64,000 nt of DNA, taken from positions 416,001 through 480,000 of the forward strand of contig CBDCMT010000001.1 of NCBI GenBank assembly GCA_965219095.1, written 5' to 3'. Positions 53,059 through 63,722 of this stretch are shown in pieces; the stretch's first letter is position 1, and each line of letters starts with the position of its first letter. The notes under the pieces were generated by a model. It was not told the DNA's origin. It ran no database searches and was given only the letters and a program-made list of their open reading frames with translations. The DNA is from Bdellovibrionales bacterium. GTDB taxonomy: Bacteria > Bdellovibrionota > Bdellovibrionia > Bdellovibrionales > UBA1609. The position numbers and the translations under genes were made by a program.

Positions 53059-54466
53059 TACCAATTACAGAAATTAATTCGACATTTTTATGTTCAAATT
53101 TAAAATTTTAAAATTGACTTAAGGAAAAGCTTCAGTTAGGAGATTTTAAAAAACTTCTTTTAAGGTGAGTTTAAGTTTTCATAAGATATGTTTATTTCAG
53201 GTATATCTATTTGTTGTGTGAATCGATTGATGGGTTAAAATAAGTGTGAAAAAGTGAGGTTAAAATTTAAAATGAAAAAATCAGTTACACAATTTAATTT
53301 ATAGGTTCAAATTAATTTACAAGCTTGATCCATCTTGTTGTTTTCCCCAAGATCGAGTGCATAATTTTTTAATCCTGCCCTCCTGATCGCAAAAAGTATT
53401 CCAGGCCTCACAACAAGTATTCAGTATATGGTCATAGTTTTTAAAACATGCATTCGATAATTTGATCCTTCGTAATTGTTGCCAGACTTGTTCCATGGGA
53501 TTTAATTCTGGACTATAAGGAGGTAAAGGCATCAGGGATAAATTCTTAGGAACTATCAAAGTCTCTGTGGTATGCCAACTGGCTCTGTCCATTAAAACAA
53601 TTCCATGATAGTTTTCTTGAATATTTTTAGATATCTCATCTAAGTGAATTTGCATCATCCCTGAATTACATTCCGGTAAGATCCAAGCACAGCCTTTATC
53701 TCTATCCGGACAAACTGCTCCAAAAATATAAGTGGATAAAAATTGTCTTTCTCTCACAACTCTAGGTCGTGTGCCTTTTCTTGCCCAAATCCTGCTTAAA
53801 GAACCTTGCTGAGCTTATTCTGCATTCATCCTGCCACCAAATCTCTATTTTATGAGTCTGAATCTTTTCTTTTATTTTCTCCACCTCTTCTGGAAAATGT
53901 TCCTTAAACTGTTCCATAGCTTCTTGTGAACTTTTAGGATGAAGAGAACGACCACTGATCCATACAATATTAAGGCGGTCTAAAGAAACATAAACCCCAG
54001 AAAGAGAATAGCAACAGTTAAATTCATCTGCTAAAAGTTTCTGTATTCCCTTTGCTCCTATGCTTCCTCCTTCTCTTTTGTCTTGAATTTCATCTAACTT
54101 GATTTTGAAGTTCTCTTCTTCTGTCACTGGTAAACGAGGCTTGCGCCCTCTGCCTTCTCGATCTATCAACCCCTCGTAATCAAAGTCTACAAAAGACTGT
54201 AATCAGGATTTGATACTGTGATGATGATAGAAAACTATACCTGCTGTTTCTTGAATCGATTTTCCGTCTTGCATATGCTGCAAAGCTTGGAGTTTTATCT
54301 TGATGTTGGCACTTCTTTCCACTTTGTAAGTAGCCAGAAAATCATACCCTTGAATCTGTGTAACTAAATCTTTTTTCGACATGACTCTAAAAATTTAACA
54401 GAGTTTTATCAAAAAGCCAGGACGCAATACGTTAAAAGAATGTCGAATTAATTTTTGGAAATGGTA
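53059..54466 (-). mobile_element. IS630-family element (type C), degraded transposase 53317-54382
   Basis: tacca..aattaattcgaca TIRs; WWQDE, MDRASWH, LPPYSPELNPMEQVW. Confidence 0.88.
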
Positions 54467-54795
54467 TTACAAAAGGCTTAAAAGAGCTTCCAGAATTTCC
54501 TAAGAAAAATGGCAAGAAAGGACGAATAAAGCATACACAAGCTCAAAACCTTTGGTTGCGATTTAAAAAGTATGAAGCAGAAATACTGTGTTTTGCTAAA
54601 AGAAAGAACGTAGATCCTACTAATAACAGAGCTGAAAGAGATCTAAGAATGACTAAGGTGAAAAAGAAAGTGTCAGATTAAGTTGCGACTATTACACATT
54701 ACCAGCTATGTTAAAACAATGAGAAATAGAGGGTATTCTTCTTTAGAAGCCATCTCTATGGCTTTAAATAAAAACTTACGAGAGTGAGCAGTTAC
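54467..54795 (+). mobile_element. IS66 3' fragment
   Basis: Matches about 8450-8798; ends gagcagttac; short internal replacement near 54678-54698. Confidence 0.85.
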
Positions 54796-55009
54796 CTAAA
54801 GTTTTAAATCTTTGGAATTCATGATTTAAAACTAAAAAAGGTTCAGATAGACGCATAATAGGAATATGTTTTTTTTACAATGTGTAAAGGAAGAGTCATT
54901 AAAAATGGAAAGGAAATGCAGGAAGTTTTTTCTTAGGTGATTAGAATATTCGTGACCGTATGCAAAAAAAATTTTTATATTTTTTGTAAATGGAGAAGTG
55001 TTTTTTCTT

Positions 55010-55246
55010 TTTGATAAAACTCTGTTAAATTTTTAGAGTCATGTCGAAAAAAGATTTAGTTACACAGATTCAAGGGTATAATTTTCTAGCTACTTACAAA
55101 GTAGAAAGAAGTGCCAACATCAAGACAAAATTATTGGCTTTGCAGCATATGCAAGAAGGAAAATCGATTCAAGAAACAGCAGGTATGGTTTTGTATCACC
55201 GTCACAGTATCAAATCTTGGTTACAGTCTTTTGTAGACTTTGATTA
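55010..55246 (+). mobile_element. IS630 type C 5' fragment
   Basis: Diverged inverted copy of about 54177-54413 (MSKKDLVTQIQG...). Confidence 0.8.
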
Positions 55247-55344
55247 TACCAATTACAGAAATTAATTCGACATTTTTATGTTCAAATTTAAAATTTTAAA
55301 TTTGAACATAAAAATGTCGAATTAATTTCTGTAATTGGTATAAT
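55243..55344. repeat. Perfect 102-bp palindrome made of two IS630 type C ends
   Basis: attataccaattacag...aaaa|tttt...ctgtaattggtataat. Confidence 0.92.
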
Positions 55345-55537
55345 TCTTGGACATACGGATCAAGCCATAACGCAAAAGTACGCAAAAGCTATTGCACTTT
55401 TAAATTCACAAACAACTCAAAAAACTGCTCAATTTATAAACCTCAAATTAAAATAAAAACATTTATATAACAAAAATCACGCCAAAAACAGGAAAAAATA
55501 AAAATAATCCAATAATTTCAATAAATTGAATAACAAA

Positions 55538-55623
55538 TGGTGGAGAGAACAGGATTTGAACCTGTGTAGGCGTAAGCCAGCGGATTTACAGTCCGCCCCC
55601 TTTAGCCACTCGGGCATCTCTCC
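55538..55623 (-). tRNA. tRNA-Tyr(GTA)
   Basis: Anticodon arm gcggactGTAaatccgc, long variable arm, encoded CCA. Confidence 0.95.
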
Positions 55624-55640
55624 TGTCATTCAATTTCAAG

Positions 55641-55716
55641 TGGAGCTGAGTGTGGGACTTGAACCCGCAACCTGCTGATTACAAATCAGCTGCTCTACCA
55701 ATTAAGCTAACCCAGC
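55641..55716 (-). tRNA. tRNA-Thr(TGT)
   Basis: gctgattTGTaatcagc, GGTTCAA T-loop, CCA. Confidence 0.95.
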
Positions 55717-55866
55717 ACCTTAGTTTTGTTTAAATCTTTTTGTTTTCGTAGTCAATTCACAAAAAAACCTTACATATTTTTGAAGATAAGTTAAATCATC
55801 CCTTTAAAACAAAATTTCCTTTCTTTTTTAATTCAAAACATCGGTTCCTAAAAAAGCCTATTGACT

Positions 55867-55943
55867 TGGCGCGTCTGAGAGGATTTGAACCCCTAACCCC
55901 TAGATCCGAAGTCTAGTGCTCTATCCAATTGAGCTACAGACGC
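55867..55943 (-). tRNA. tRNA-Arg(TCG)
   Basis: ctagactTCGgatctag, GGTTCAA T-loop, CCA. Confidence 0.93.
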
Positions 55944-55946
55944 TTT

Positions 55947-56327
55947 TTATTTTTTATGCTCCGCTTTCACAACTGTTTTAATATTCCCCCTTACATTGAA
56001 ATCAGCTTGAATGTAAATTTCCCAAGGATCTAAAAGAGTTATAAGATCATCTAAAACTACATTCACAAGATCTTCATGAAAGATCTTTTTATCCCTAAAA
56101 CCATTGATATAAAGCTTAAGGCTTTTAAGCTCAACATAGTATTTATGAGGGAGGTATTGGATGAAAAGGGTCGCAAAATCGGGAAAACCACTTTTAGGAC
56201 ACAGACAAGTCAACTCAGGACAAGTAAACTCCACCTTATAACGCCTGTGTTGCGTATGATTTTCAATACGCTCCAATTTGTTCTCTTCAATAGCTTTCTT
56301 TCCATAAAGTGCTTTATCATCTAACAT
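55947..56327 (-). CDS. queF: PreQ1 synthase (type I QueF)
   Basis: ELTCLCPKSGFPDFA, VELKSLKLY, FHE, FNVRGNI; start placed at MLDDK. Confidence 0.93.
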   Translation of the reverse strand: MLDDKALYGKKAIEENKLERIENHTQHRRYKVEFTCPELTCLCPKSGFPDFATLFIQYLPHKYYVELKSLKLYINGFRDKKIFHEDLVNVVLDDLITLLDPWEIYIQADFNVRGNIKTVVKAEHKK

Positions 56328-56413
56328 AAAAAACCTCACTATTAGTCTTGTTTCTCTCATATTACTCTAGCACTTTTTTATCAAAAATGATAGCTTAAAA
56401 GAGTACAACAATT

Positions 56414-56806
56414 ATGAAGCTGTACTGGATGCATTCTATTTTACTTTTATTATTCTTAACAGCTTGTTCTCACTTAAAAAATTTTCAGACAAGCAGTTGT
56501 GGACAAACCGACTGGTATGAAATAGGGCGACAGGATGGTCGTTACGGTGAATCTTCAGAAAAAATAGAGAAATGGTTTAAGTTGTGTAAAAAATCTTTTA
56601 ATAAAACCATGTATAAAATAGGGCATAAAAAGGGTTTAAAGCAATACTGTTCTCCTGAGAATGCTTTCCAATTAGGAAAAACAGACATCCCTTATAAAAA
56701 AGTTTGCAAAACCTCCTTGAAATCTTTCTTAGAAGCTTATAAACAAGGACAAAACATCTTTCTAGAAAAAGAAAGAAGTTTTTTAGAACATTCTACGCCT
56801 CTATAA
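56414..56806 (+). CDS. DUF2799-like lipoprotein
   Basis: Lipobox LTAC; CGQTDWYEIGRQDG, GLKQYCSPENAFQLG. Confidence 0.8.
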   Translation: MKLYWMHSILLLLFLTACSHLKNFQTSSCGQTDWYEIGRQDGRYGESSEKIEKWFKLCKKSFNKTMYKIGHKKGLKQYCSPENAFQLGKTDIPYKKVCKTSLKSFLEAYKQGQNIFLEKERSFLEHSTPL

Positions 56807-57466
56807 AAAAGCTTTTAAAAATCTTTTTTTTAATAATTTTTTATGATTTTTAATACATTTTAAATAATACCGAATCCTTAGATCCCTCTTCTCCTCTTCT
56901 TTCAAACCACAAAAATTCCTTCTTTTTTGTAAATAAACATGATAAAAACTTAAACTTGCTGCAACAGAAATATTAAAACTTGGACAAAATCCATGCATAG
57001 GTATGATAGCTTTTTTATCAGCATATTCAAGGAGTTTTTGTGAAACACCCTTATGTTCGTTGCCAAAAATTAGGGCTGTAGGTTTTTGAAAATCAACTTC
57101 TTCTATGGATTCTGACGCACAAAGATCTGTAGCTACAATTTGAAAACCTTCATTTTGTAAAGAACGAATACAAAGTTCTATGTCAGAAAAATAAGAAATA
57201 TCAAGCCATTTATCCGAACCTCGACTCACTCTGTTAGCCTTTTTTCTTCCATTTTTATTTAAAACATAAAAACGATAAAACCCAAAAGCCTCAGCACTTC
57301 TCATAGAAGCACTCATATTCCCCTCATCGTAAATGTTTTCGAAAACAGGTATAAAGGAAGAAATTCTTTTCTCCACAACATGGTGAATTTTCTTCACTCT
57401 CTCTTTTGTAAGAAAACTCTCTAAATAAACCTCTAATTTTTTAAATTCTAAACCTCCTAAATTCAT
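56801..57466 (-). CDS. trmH: TrmH-family SPOUT tRNA methyltransferase
   Basis: GNMSASMRSAEAFG, IFGNEHKGVS, IPMHGFCPSFNISVA. Confidence 0.85.
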   Translation of the reverse strand: MNLGGLEFKKLEVYLESFLTKERVKKIHHVVEKRISSFIPVFENIYDEGNMSASMRSAEAFGFYRFYVLNKNGRKKANRVSRGSDKWLDISYFSDIELCIRSLQNEGFQIVATDLCASESIEEVDFQKPTALIFGNEHKGVSQKLLEYADKKAIIPMHGFCPSFNISVAASLSFYHVYLQKRRNFCGLKEEEKRDLRIRYYLKCIKNHKKLLKKRFLKAFL

Positions 57467-57469
57467 TGG

Positions 57470-58321
57470 TTATAAAAATTCATGGATTTCTTGGTTTTGT
57501 TTTTGAGGTAAAGCAAAGCAGGCATGATGTATGTCTTTATTGTAATATTTTAAATCATTAACCCATGATTCAGAATCAAATCTAGCTTTTTGAAAATTAT
57601 CTTGAAGATTATATTGTTTAGAGGCAAAAGCAAAAGACCATATTCCTACATAAGTGGAATTAGTGTAGTTATACATCCCTACAAGAGGAAAAAACTCTCT
57701 CAAAACCTTCAAAAGATCTTTTTGTATTCTAGGGCTAATAGCATAAGACATACCTTGAGCCGTTACAATTCCATCATGAGCTAAAATTCTTTTAATATCT
57801 CTATAAAAATCAGATCCAAACAAATCTTCAGAAGGTCCAACAGGGTCTGTTGAATCCACAATTATGACATCAAATATTTCATCTGTTTGTTTTACAAACT
57901 GAATCCCATCATCAATGACAAGATCAAGGTGAGGATGATTAAGTCCTTGTTGCGAGTATTCTATGTACTTTTTGCAACTATCCACAACCATAGAGTCAAT
58001 CTCCACCATTTTACATACTTTCACCACAGAATGCTTTAACACCTCTCTTGCTGTTCCTCCGTCTCCACCGCCAATAATAAGAACTCTTTCAGGCTTAGGA
58101 TGAGAGAACAAAACTACATGAGAAATCATTTCATGATAAACAGCCTCATCTTTAGTTGTGGACATAACGATATCATCATGAACTAATATTTTTCCAAAAC
58201 TAGGTGTATCATAAATCTCAATCTTTTGAAAATCACTTCTTTTTGAAAACAGTTTCTTATAAAAAAGGTAAGAAATGTGCTGGTTTTTATCAAATGTATC
58301 TTTGAAATATTTTTCACTCAT
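57470..58321 (-). CDS. speE: Spermidine synthase (aminopropyltransferase)
   Basis: YHEMISH, LIIGGGDGG, VEID, FDVIIVDSTDPVGP. Confidence 0.95.
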   Translation of the reverse strand: MSEKYFKDTFDKNQHISYLFYKKLFSKRSDFQKIEIYDTPSFGKILVHDDIVMSTTKDEAVYHEMISHVVLFSHPKPERVLIIGGGDGGTAREVLKHSVVKVCKMVEIDSMVVDSCKKYIEYSQQGLNHPHLDLVIDDGIQFVKQTDEIFDVIIVDSTDPVGPSEDLFGSDFYRDIKRILAHDGIVTAQGMSYAISPRIQKDLLKVLREFFPLVGMYNYTNSTYVGIWSFAFASKQYNLQDNFQKARFDSESWVNDLKYYNKDIHHACFALPQKQNQEIHEFL

Positions 58322-59253
58322 AAATCTTTCTCCTTTAGCATTTTAGAAAAAATTTCTTGTGGTTTCAATAAACTCACTTGCAAGTAATCAAACTTATAAT
58401 TTGACTTTAATGAGGTTTCAATGAGGTTACTTTGAAAATAAGATTCAACAGGATCAACATAAAGTTTTAAATGATCAGAAAACAACATAACTTCACAGAC
58501 TTCAGGGCGAAGAGTGCGAATGATTTTTGAGACAAGCTCCGTCTTAAAAATATTAGTTTCAAAACTTACGTAAGATGATTCTTTTTGTGGACTCATATGA
58601 AACATATAATAAAAGTCTTTAAAAATAGCATTTAAAGAATAGCCAAAGGGAGAAAAAAGATAATCGTCAATTTGAAAATGAAGGTCTTTAAAAATATCAT
58701 CCAAGGCCAAAAAATTTCTAACCTCTTCTTTACTCTTAGTTTGTACAAGAAAATCTCTTACAGGCTTTGAAAGATTATGGCTTAAAACCTCTAAAGTGAC
58801 ATCTGTATCACAAACACTTACGCTCTTTTTAGTTTCATAAAGATAGAGTTTAGGGCCTGTATGAGCTTGAAAACAATAGGTTTTACCTACAAGAAGTTTG
58901 TTTATTTTTTCAATATCTTGGAAAAAACTCGACTCTTGAAGGTCAGGATTTTTTTCATTTTTTCTTTCAAAAATAAGACTCTTGATCTGAGAAGGGTTAA
59001 AAACCTTTAAAACCCAAATGACAGCTGATACAAGGGAAGCTTGACCACAGGTAACGAGGGTAAACCTGTGAGGCCATACTAAAAGTGTGGATTCGGAAAG
59101 AAGATAAGCCTTGCAATCCACATTAGAAATAGAAGAGATAATTTGAGCACGGGTATGCTTAACAAGTTCAAACCAAAAGCTTTCCTCTAAATCATGGAAG
59201 TTTTGATCACAAATTGTGACTTCAAGTTTTTTTTCTACAGCCTCAAAAAACAC
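58318..59253 (-). CDS. speD: S-adenosylmethionine decarboxylase proenzyme, eukaryote-like class
   Basis: FEAVEKKLEV, AYLLSEST, TCG, FSPFGYSLN, HMSPQKESSYVSFET. Confidence 0.88.
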   Translation of the reverse strand: MFFEAVEKKLEVTICDQNFHDLEESFWFELVKHTRAQIISSISNVDCKAYLLSESTLLVWPHRFTLVTCGQASLVSAVIWVLKVFNPSQIKSLIFERKNEKNPDLQESSFFQDIEKINKLLVGKTYCFQAHTGPKLYLYETKKSVSVCDTDVTLEVLSHNLSKPVRDFLVQTKSKEEVRNFLALDDIFKDLHFQIDDYLFSPFGYSLNAIFKDFYYMFHMSPQKESSYVSFETNIFKTELVSKIIRTLRPEVCEVMLFSDHLKLYVDPVESYFQSNLIETSLKSNYKFDYLQVSLLKPQEIFSKMLKEKDL

Positions 59254-59420
59254 TTTAATTGTATAGACTCCTGAAGAAGAAATGTCAATAAAATTTTTCT
59301 CTGCCTTAGAAAAAAAAAGATAGTGGAAATAAGATACAAAAAGGAGAGCTTGTAAAGGAGGCCTTTCTCAAAAAATCTTCTTAAAACCAGCTTATTAGAA
59401 ATTTTATGTCCCTCATATTC

Positions 59421-59461
59421 ATATGGATGGCCAGCCTTTTTGAAAGGCTGGCCATCCATAT
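59421..59461. repeat. Perfect hairpin (19-bp arms); degenerate copy at 24175-24203
   Basis: atatggatggccagccttt-ttg-aaaggctggccatccatat. Confidence 0.8.
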
Positions 59462-59841
59462 TTTCTTCTGAAACCATCGGTTAATAGAATTGAAATCAAA
59501 AAAAAATAGCTCCCATATCTTACACTGACTATAACCATCATCTAAAAGAAGATGCTATGGAGCAGATAAGCATATCTTTTCTTATCTTCTCGCTTTAATG
59601 CTTATAAAAGCTCTTAATACTTTTTTTTGATAATAAGACTCCCATGAAAAATGTTGTTTACATAGAATTCTATGTTATCAAGACATTTGGACAAAAACTC
59701 TGACCCCCCTCTCTGTGTATGGGTTTTGAAGTTCAATCAGTCCACTACAATTCTATCAATCACAAATTTTCAATTTAATTTTATCTCTTAACCTCTATCT
59801 TACAACTTGAAAAATAAAAAAACTTATGTTTTAAAAGTTAT

Positions 59842-60675
59842 ATGAAGCCTCTTGTCTCTGTCATCATTCCTACTTATAACCGAAAAGAAAAGGTTAAAAG
59901 AGCCCTTCAATCTGTTATCAAACAAACTTATAAAAACTGGGAGGCTTTTGTAATCGATGATGGTTCTACAGATGATAGTATTGAAATACTTAAGGCTTTT
60001 CAAGCTCCTCACATTCATATCATAAGACAAGAAGAAAACCGAGGGGTGAGTTTTGCAAGAAATTTAGGAATTCAAAAAGCTCAAGGTTCTTTGATTTGCT
60101 TTTTAGATTCTGATGATGAGTGGTTAGAACAAAAACTTGAAAAACAAATAGAAAGTTACAAAAAAAATTTACTTCCTATTATCCACACAGACGAAATATG
60201 GATTCGCAATGGGGTTAGAGTCAATCCGAAAAAAATTCATAAAAAATACGGAGGACGTATATTTAAACCTTCCCTTCTTCTTTGTACTATGAGTCCTTCA
60301 ACTGTTATGATTCACAAAAAAGTCTTTAAAAACATAGGAGGTTTTAGAGAAGATTTTGTAGTTTGCGAAGACTATGAACTTTGGCTTCGAATCAGCTGTC
60401 AGTACAATGTAGACTTTATCCCTGAACCTCTTATTAAAAAATATGGAGGTCACAAGGATCAACTGTCAAAAAAATTCGTTGCCATGGATTACTTTAGAGT
60501 GAAAGCTCTGCATAGTATAAAGAACTCTTTTTCCCTTACTAAAGAAGAGCAAGCATTCCTCTATAAAACATTACAGAGAAAATGTAAAATCTTACTCAAT
60601 GGCTATAAAAAACATAACAACATGACAAATTTTAAAGAAATCTCTTCTATCTTTGAAGAATCTTTAAAAGAGTGA
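59842..60675 (+). CDS. Family 2 glycosyltransferase
   Basis: VSVIIPTYNR, IDDGSTD, FLDSDD, EDYELWLR. Confidence 0.93.
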   Translation: MKPLVSVIIPTYNRKEKVKRALQSVIKQTYKNWEAFVIDDGSTDDSIEILKAFQAPHIHIIRQEENRGVSFARNLGIQKAQGSLICFLDSDDEWLEQKLEKQIESYKKNLLPIIHTDEIWIRNGVRVNPKKIHKKYGGRIFKPSLLLCTMSPSTVMIHKKVFKNIGGFREDFVVCEDYELWLRISCQYNVDFIPEPLIKKYGGHKDQLSKKFVAMDYFRVKALHSIKNSFSLTKEEQAFLYKTLQRKCKILLNGYKKHNNMTNFKEISSIFEESLKE

Positions 60676-60885
60676 AAAGTTTTTATCAGGTTTTGTCATT
60701 TTTAAGTAAATAGAGCTTTCCAAGAAAACTGTCCTTACGATTCTAGTAAATTTTTTATCTATACTAATCGTGTTTTAAAAATCAATTTTTCACGTGTGAC
60801 TAGCACCACTTTGGCAAGTTATCCATAACCCTTTTCATAAAGAGATGGAGTCCAAAGACTTTGATGTTGACATTTAGGACAGATA

Positions 60886-63722
60886 TAGTGCTTCCGTTTA
60901 GGTTTTCAGGTTCCTAAGATGGAGAAGTTATCAGTTATCAAAGTTTCTAATTTACCTGAGTTCGTGCTCAAAAATGTACACTACAGACGGACGTTTTTTT
61001 GACAAGACTTTTTCCAATAGATCTTAGTATTTTTTCTTGAACTTTATTCAAAGCTACTGTTTTGATAAGTCTAGTTTTATTTTTTCGGTCATAAAGATAG
61101 ACATTATACATGCTACCGAGTTCTTCAAGAGCTTCCTCTGGAGACATCTGCATCTTTTCAAGCTTCATTTTTAGAATTGAAAGTATCAGACAAGATAAAT
61201 AGCATATAAAGACATGTGATTGAACTCTGTTGTAAAGCCAATGACGAATTGGTCTCAAATTTGTTATTCCCTTTAAGGTCCTAAAAAATTTTTCGATTAC
61301 CTCTTTCTTATAGTACAAATTAACAATATCTTTTGCAGAGATCTTTTTTGTAGAAAATATACAAGAGTAACCATCAAACTCAGATTCTAAATTCAACCGA
61401 TCTCTCCTTAATCTTCCTGTTGGAGTAAGGTATTTTTCCAAACCTGGTTTTATATTTTTAGACAAAAGAATTTGTGCGTTTGCAATTTCGTCCAAACGAG
61501 ATTCTCTTATATCTAAAGCTCTCCTTTGATTGTAACAAACAACTAAACGTCCTTTGATTTTTCCAACATTGTGATTAATGCTCTGAGCATACAAGGTACC
61601 ACTTGATAACCTGATGCGATGGGATACATCAACAATAGAGTCTAGCCTTATCATTTTTCTAATCACATCCTTCTCTTTTTTTCTGAGAGCAATCCCACAA
61701 AGCGTATTCCAGCCCAATTCATTGATTTCATTGAGGTTTCTCTCTGAAAAAATGCCTCTGTCGTAAACAAACATTCCTCCACTTAGTCCATAGTTTGCAA
61801 ATCCATCGGATAAACTTAGTAGAGTCCTGCTATCGTGTATGTTTCCACTAAAAGTTTTATGAAACACTGGTATTCCTTCTTTTTGAGTTGTCACCAAACC
61901 AATTTGAATCAAAGGATTTCCACGTTTCCCATCCTTACTCTTTCCTAATTTTCCAAGCTGACATTTGCTACCATAAAGGTATGTATTGGTAACATCGTAC
62001 ACCAACCCTTTTAGCTCAAGATTGTACCTTTTCTGAACACCTTGAAATATTTTCTTCTGTAAATTTTCTGGATCACTCTCTAAAGAATCTAGAGCAGAAA
62101 GCAAACGACTTTCGGTTAGATCCTCTAAATTTAGCAAAGTGTTTAAATCTGTTCTCTCATACCATTTTGGCATTTTTCTAAGGCTTTTGTAATCTAAACA
62201 GTGAGCATAGACCATGCTTAATATTTCATTGGAGTATTGGCCAAGAGATTTTTGCAAATCTATTTCCCTAGCTATTTTATCTAAAACAAGCAAAGGACCA
62301 TAAACCTTGACCTTTTCTATTTCAAGATCAGATGAACTCATTGAAATTACAGTTTCACCATTCTCTTCCTTCCCGATGTACCGAATATGCTTTTGGATAA
62401 CTTTTCCATCAACCCTTTTGTTCTCTACTTCTGCAAGATATGTTACCTTTCCTCTTTTTATTCTTCTGATAAAGCTCATATTTCTCCCTCCTGTAGTGTA
62501 ATATATTACACTACAAAGGAAAATGCAAGGCAAGTTATTTTTTGTGATTTTATCTAAAAATCGAAAATTCCCCTATGAAAACTGAAATTTTTATGGAAAA
62601 TGGGAAATTATAGCTTTGTAGTGTACATTTTTAGTCACGAGTTTAGGTAATTTAGGCCTGTGTTTTCGTATTCCTCTAAAAAATTGACTTAAACTTCCCT
62701 TGAAATCGTCATAGTTTTCATAATATCGATTCGCTGTGACCTCTTTTTTCATAAACTTCCAAAGCCTTTCTATAGGATTTAAATTCAGTGAGTACGGAGG
62801 AAGATAAATAAGTTTTATATTCAACTCTTTCGCTAACTTCTTGACAGACTTCGATCTATTGTATCCGGCCCCATCTAAGATAAGATAAATCTCTTTTTCA
62901 TCGGAATACTTCTTAATGAATATGATAGAGCATATCACATAGAAAAACTTCGTTAACTGTCTTATAACTCCTGACTACCGTCTTCAAACTATTGATCTCA
63001 ATAGCTCCACAAACATTCACTCTTTTTCTCCAGCCTGAATTGGTCTTCACTTCAAACTTCTTACCCTCTCTTATCCAACCATATGAAATCGTAGGGCCCC
63101 ACTCAGGATGTGTGGAATCAGCAAAGTAAACAGGACCGTCTTTCTTCTTAATTCTCTTGTATTTACGCACAAACTTTTTCTGCTCTTCTCTCTTTGCCTT
63201 ACCCGGTATCGCTGTGGCTTTTTTATAAGAAAAACCAAGGCGATGGAGAAGATCAATTACACCACTTGTTGAGTACGTAACACCAAAATTCTCCTCAATG
63301 AACTGAATAACGGTCTGTGATGATGGAAAAATTCTTTTTTCTAACTCCTTTAAAAGCATTTTCTCCTCTTTCTTAGTTAAAAAGGACCTTTTAGGGTTGT
63401 AATTGTCGTTGATTAAGCACTCTATCCCACCTTTGTTATAACGATCTCTACAGGCTCTTATCGTGCCCTCATCAATGAAAAGAAAACGGGAAATATCTTT
63501 ACACAACTCACCTTTATCTAAATGGAGAATTGTCATAATCCTTTTTACGTATTTAAGATTTTTCTCTAGAGATAGTTCATAGAGTAAATCTTTTCGCTCT
63601 TTTTTTGATAGAAACCCTGACATATGAAACTATTTTTAAAAATAAATGACTTTTTATCAAGGCCTTAGAATAAAAACTAGACCTCAACTCAAAAAAAACA
63701 GAAAACCTAAGCGGAAGCACTA
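60886..63722 (-). mobile_element. IS630 type A, interrupted by an IS1634-like element and frameshifted
   Basis: Both TIRs; ORFs 62913-63623 and 62591-62938. Confidence 0.9.
60955..62647 (-). mobile_element. IS1634-like element; transposase about 60968-62479
   Basis: cctgagttcgtg...cacgagtttagg ends, 7-bp duplication taattta; YDVTNTY, VYDRG, RPIRHW. Confidence 0.88.

Larger units (their letters stand above)
52603..55456 (+). pseudogene. Tyrosine integrase split by a nested IS block (pieces 52603-53060 and 55341-55456)
   Basis: TGTRVGEA, HICRHTFAT...AVQV, then after the IS block ILGHTDQAITQKYAK...*. Confidence 0.82.

Noticed and set aside
55243..55344. Protelomerase or hairpin-telomere site
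   Set aside because: The arms are identical to the IS630-C end at 53059 and no protelomerase gene is present.
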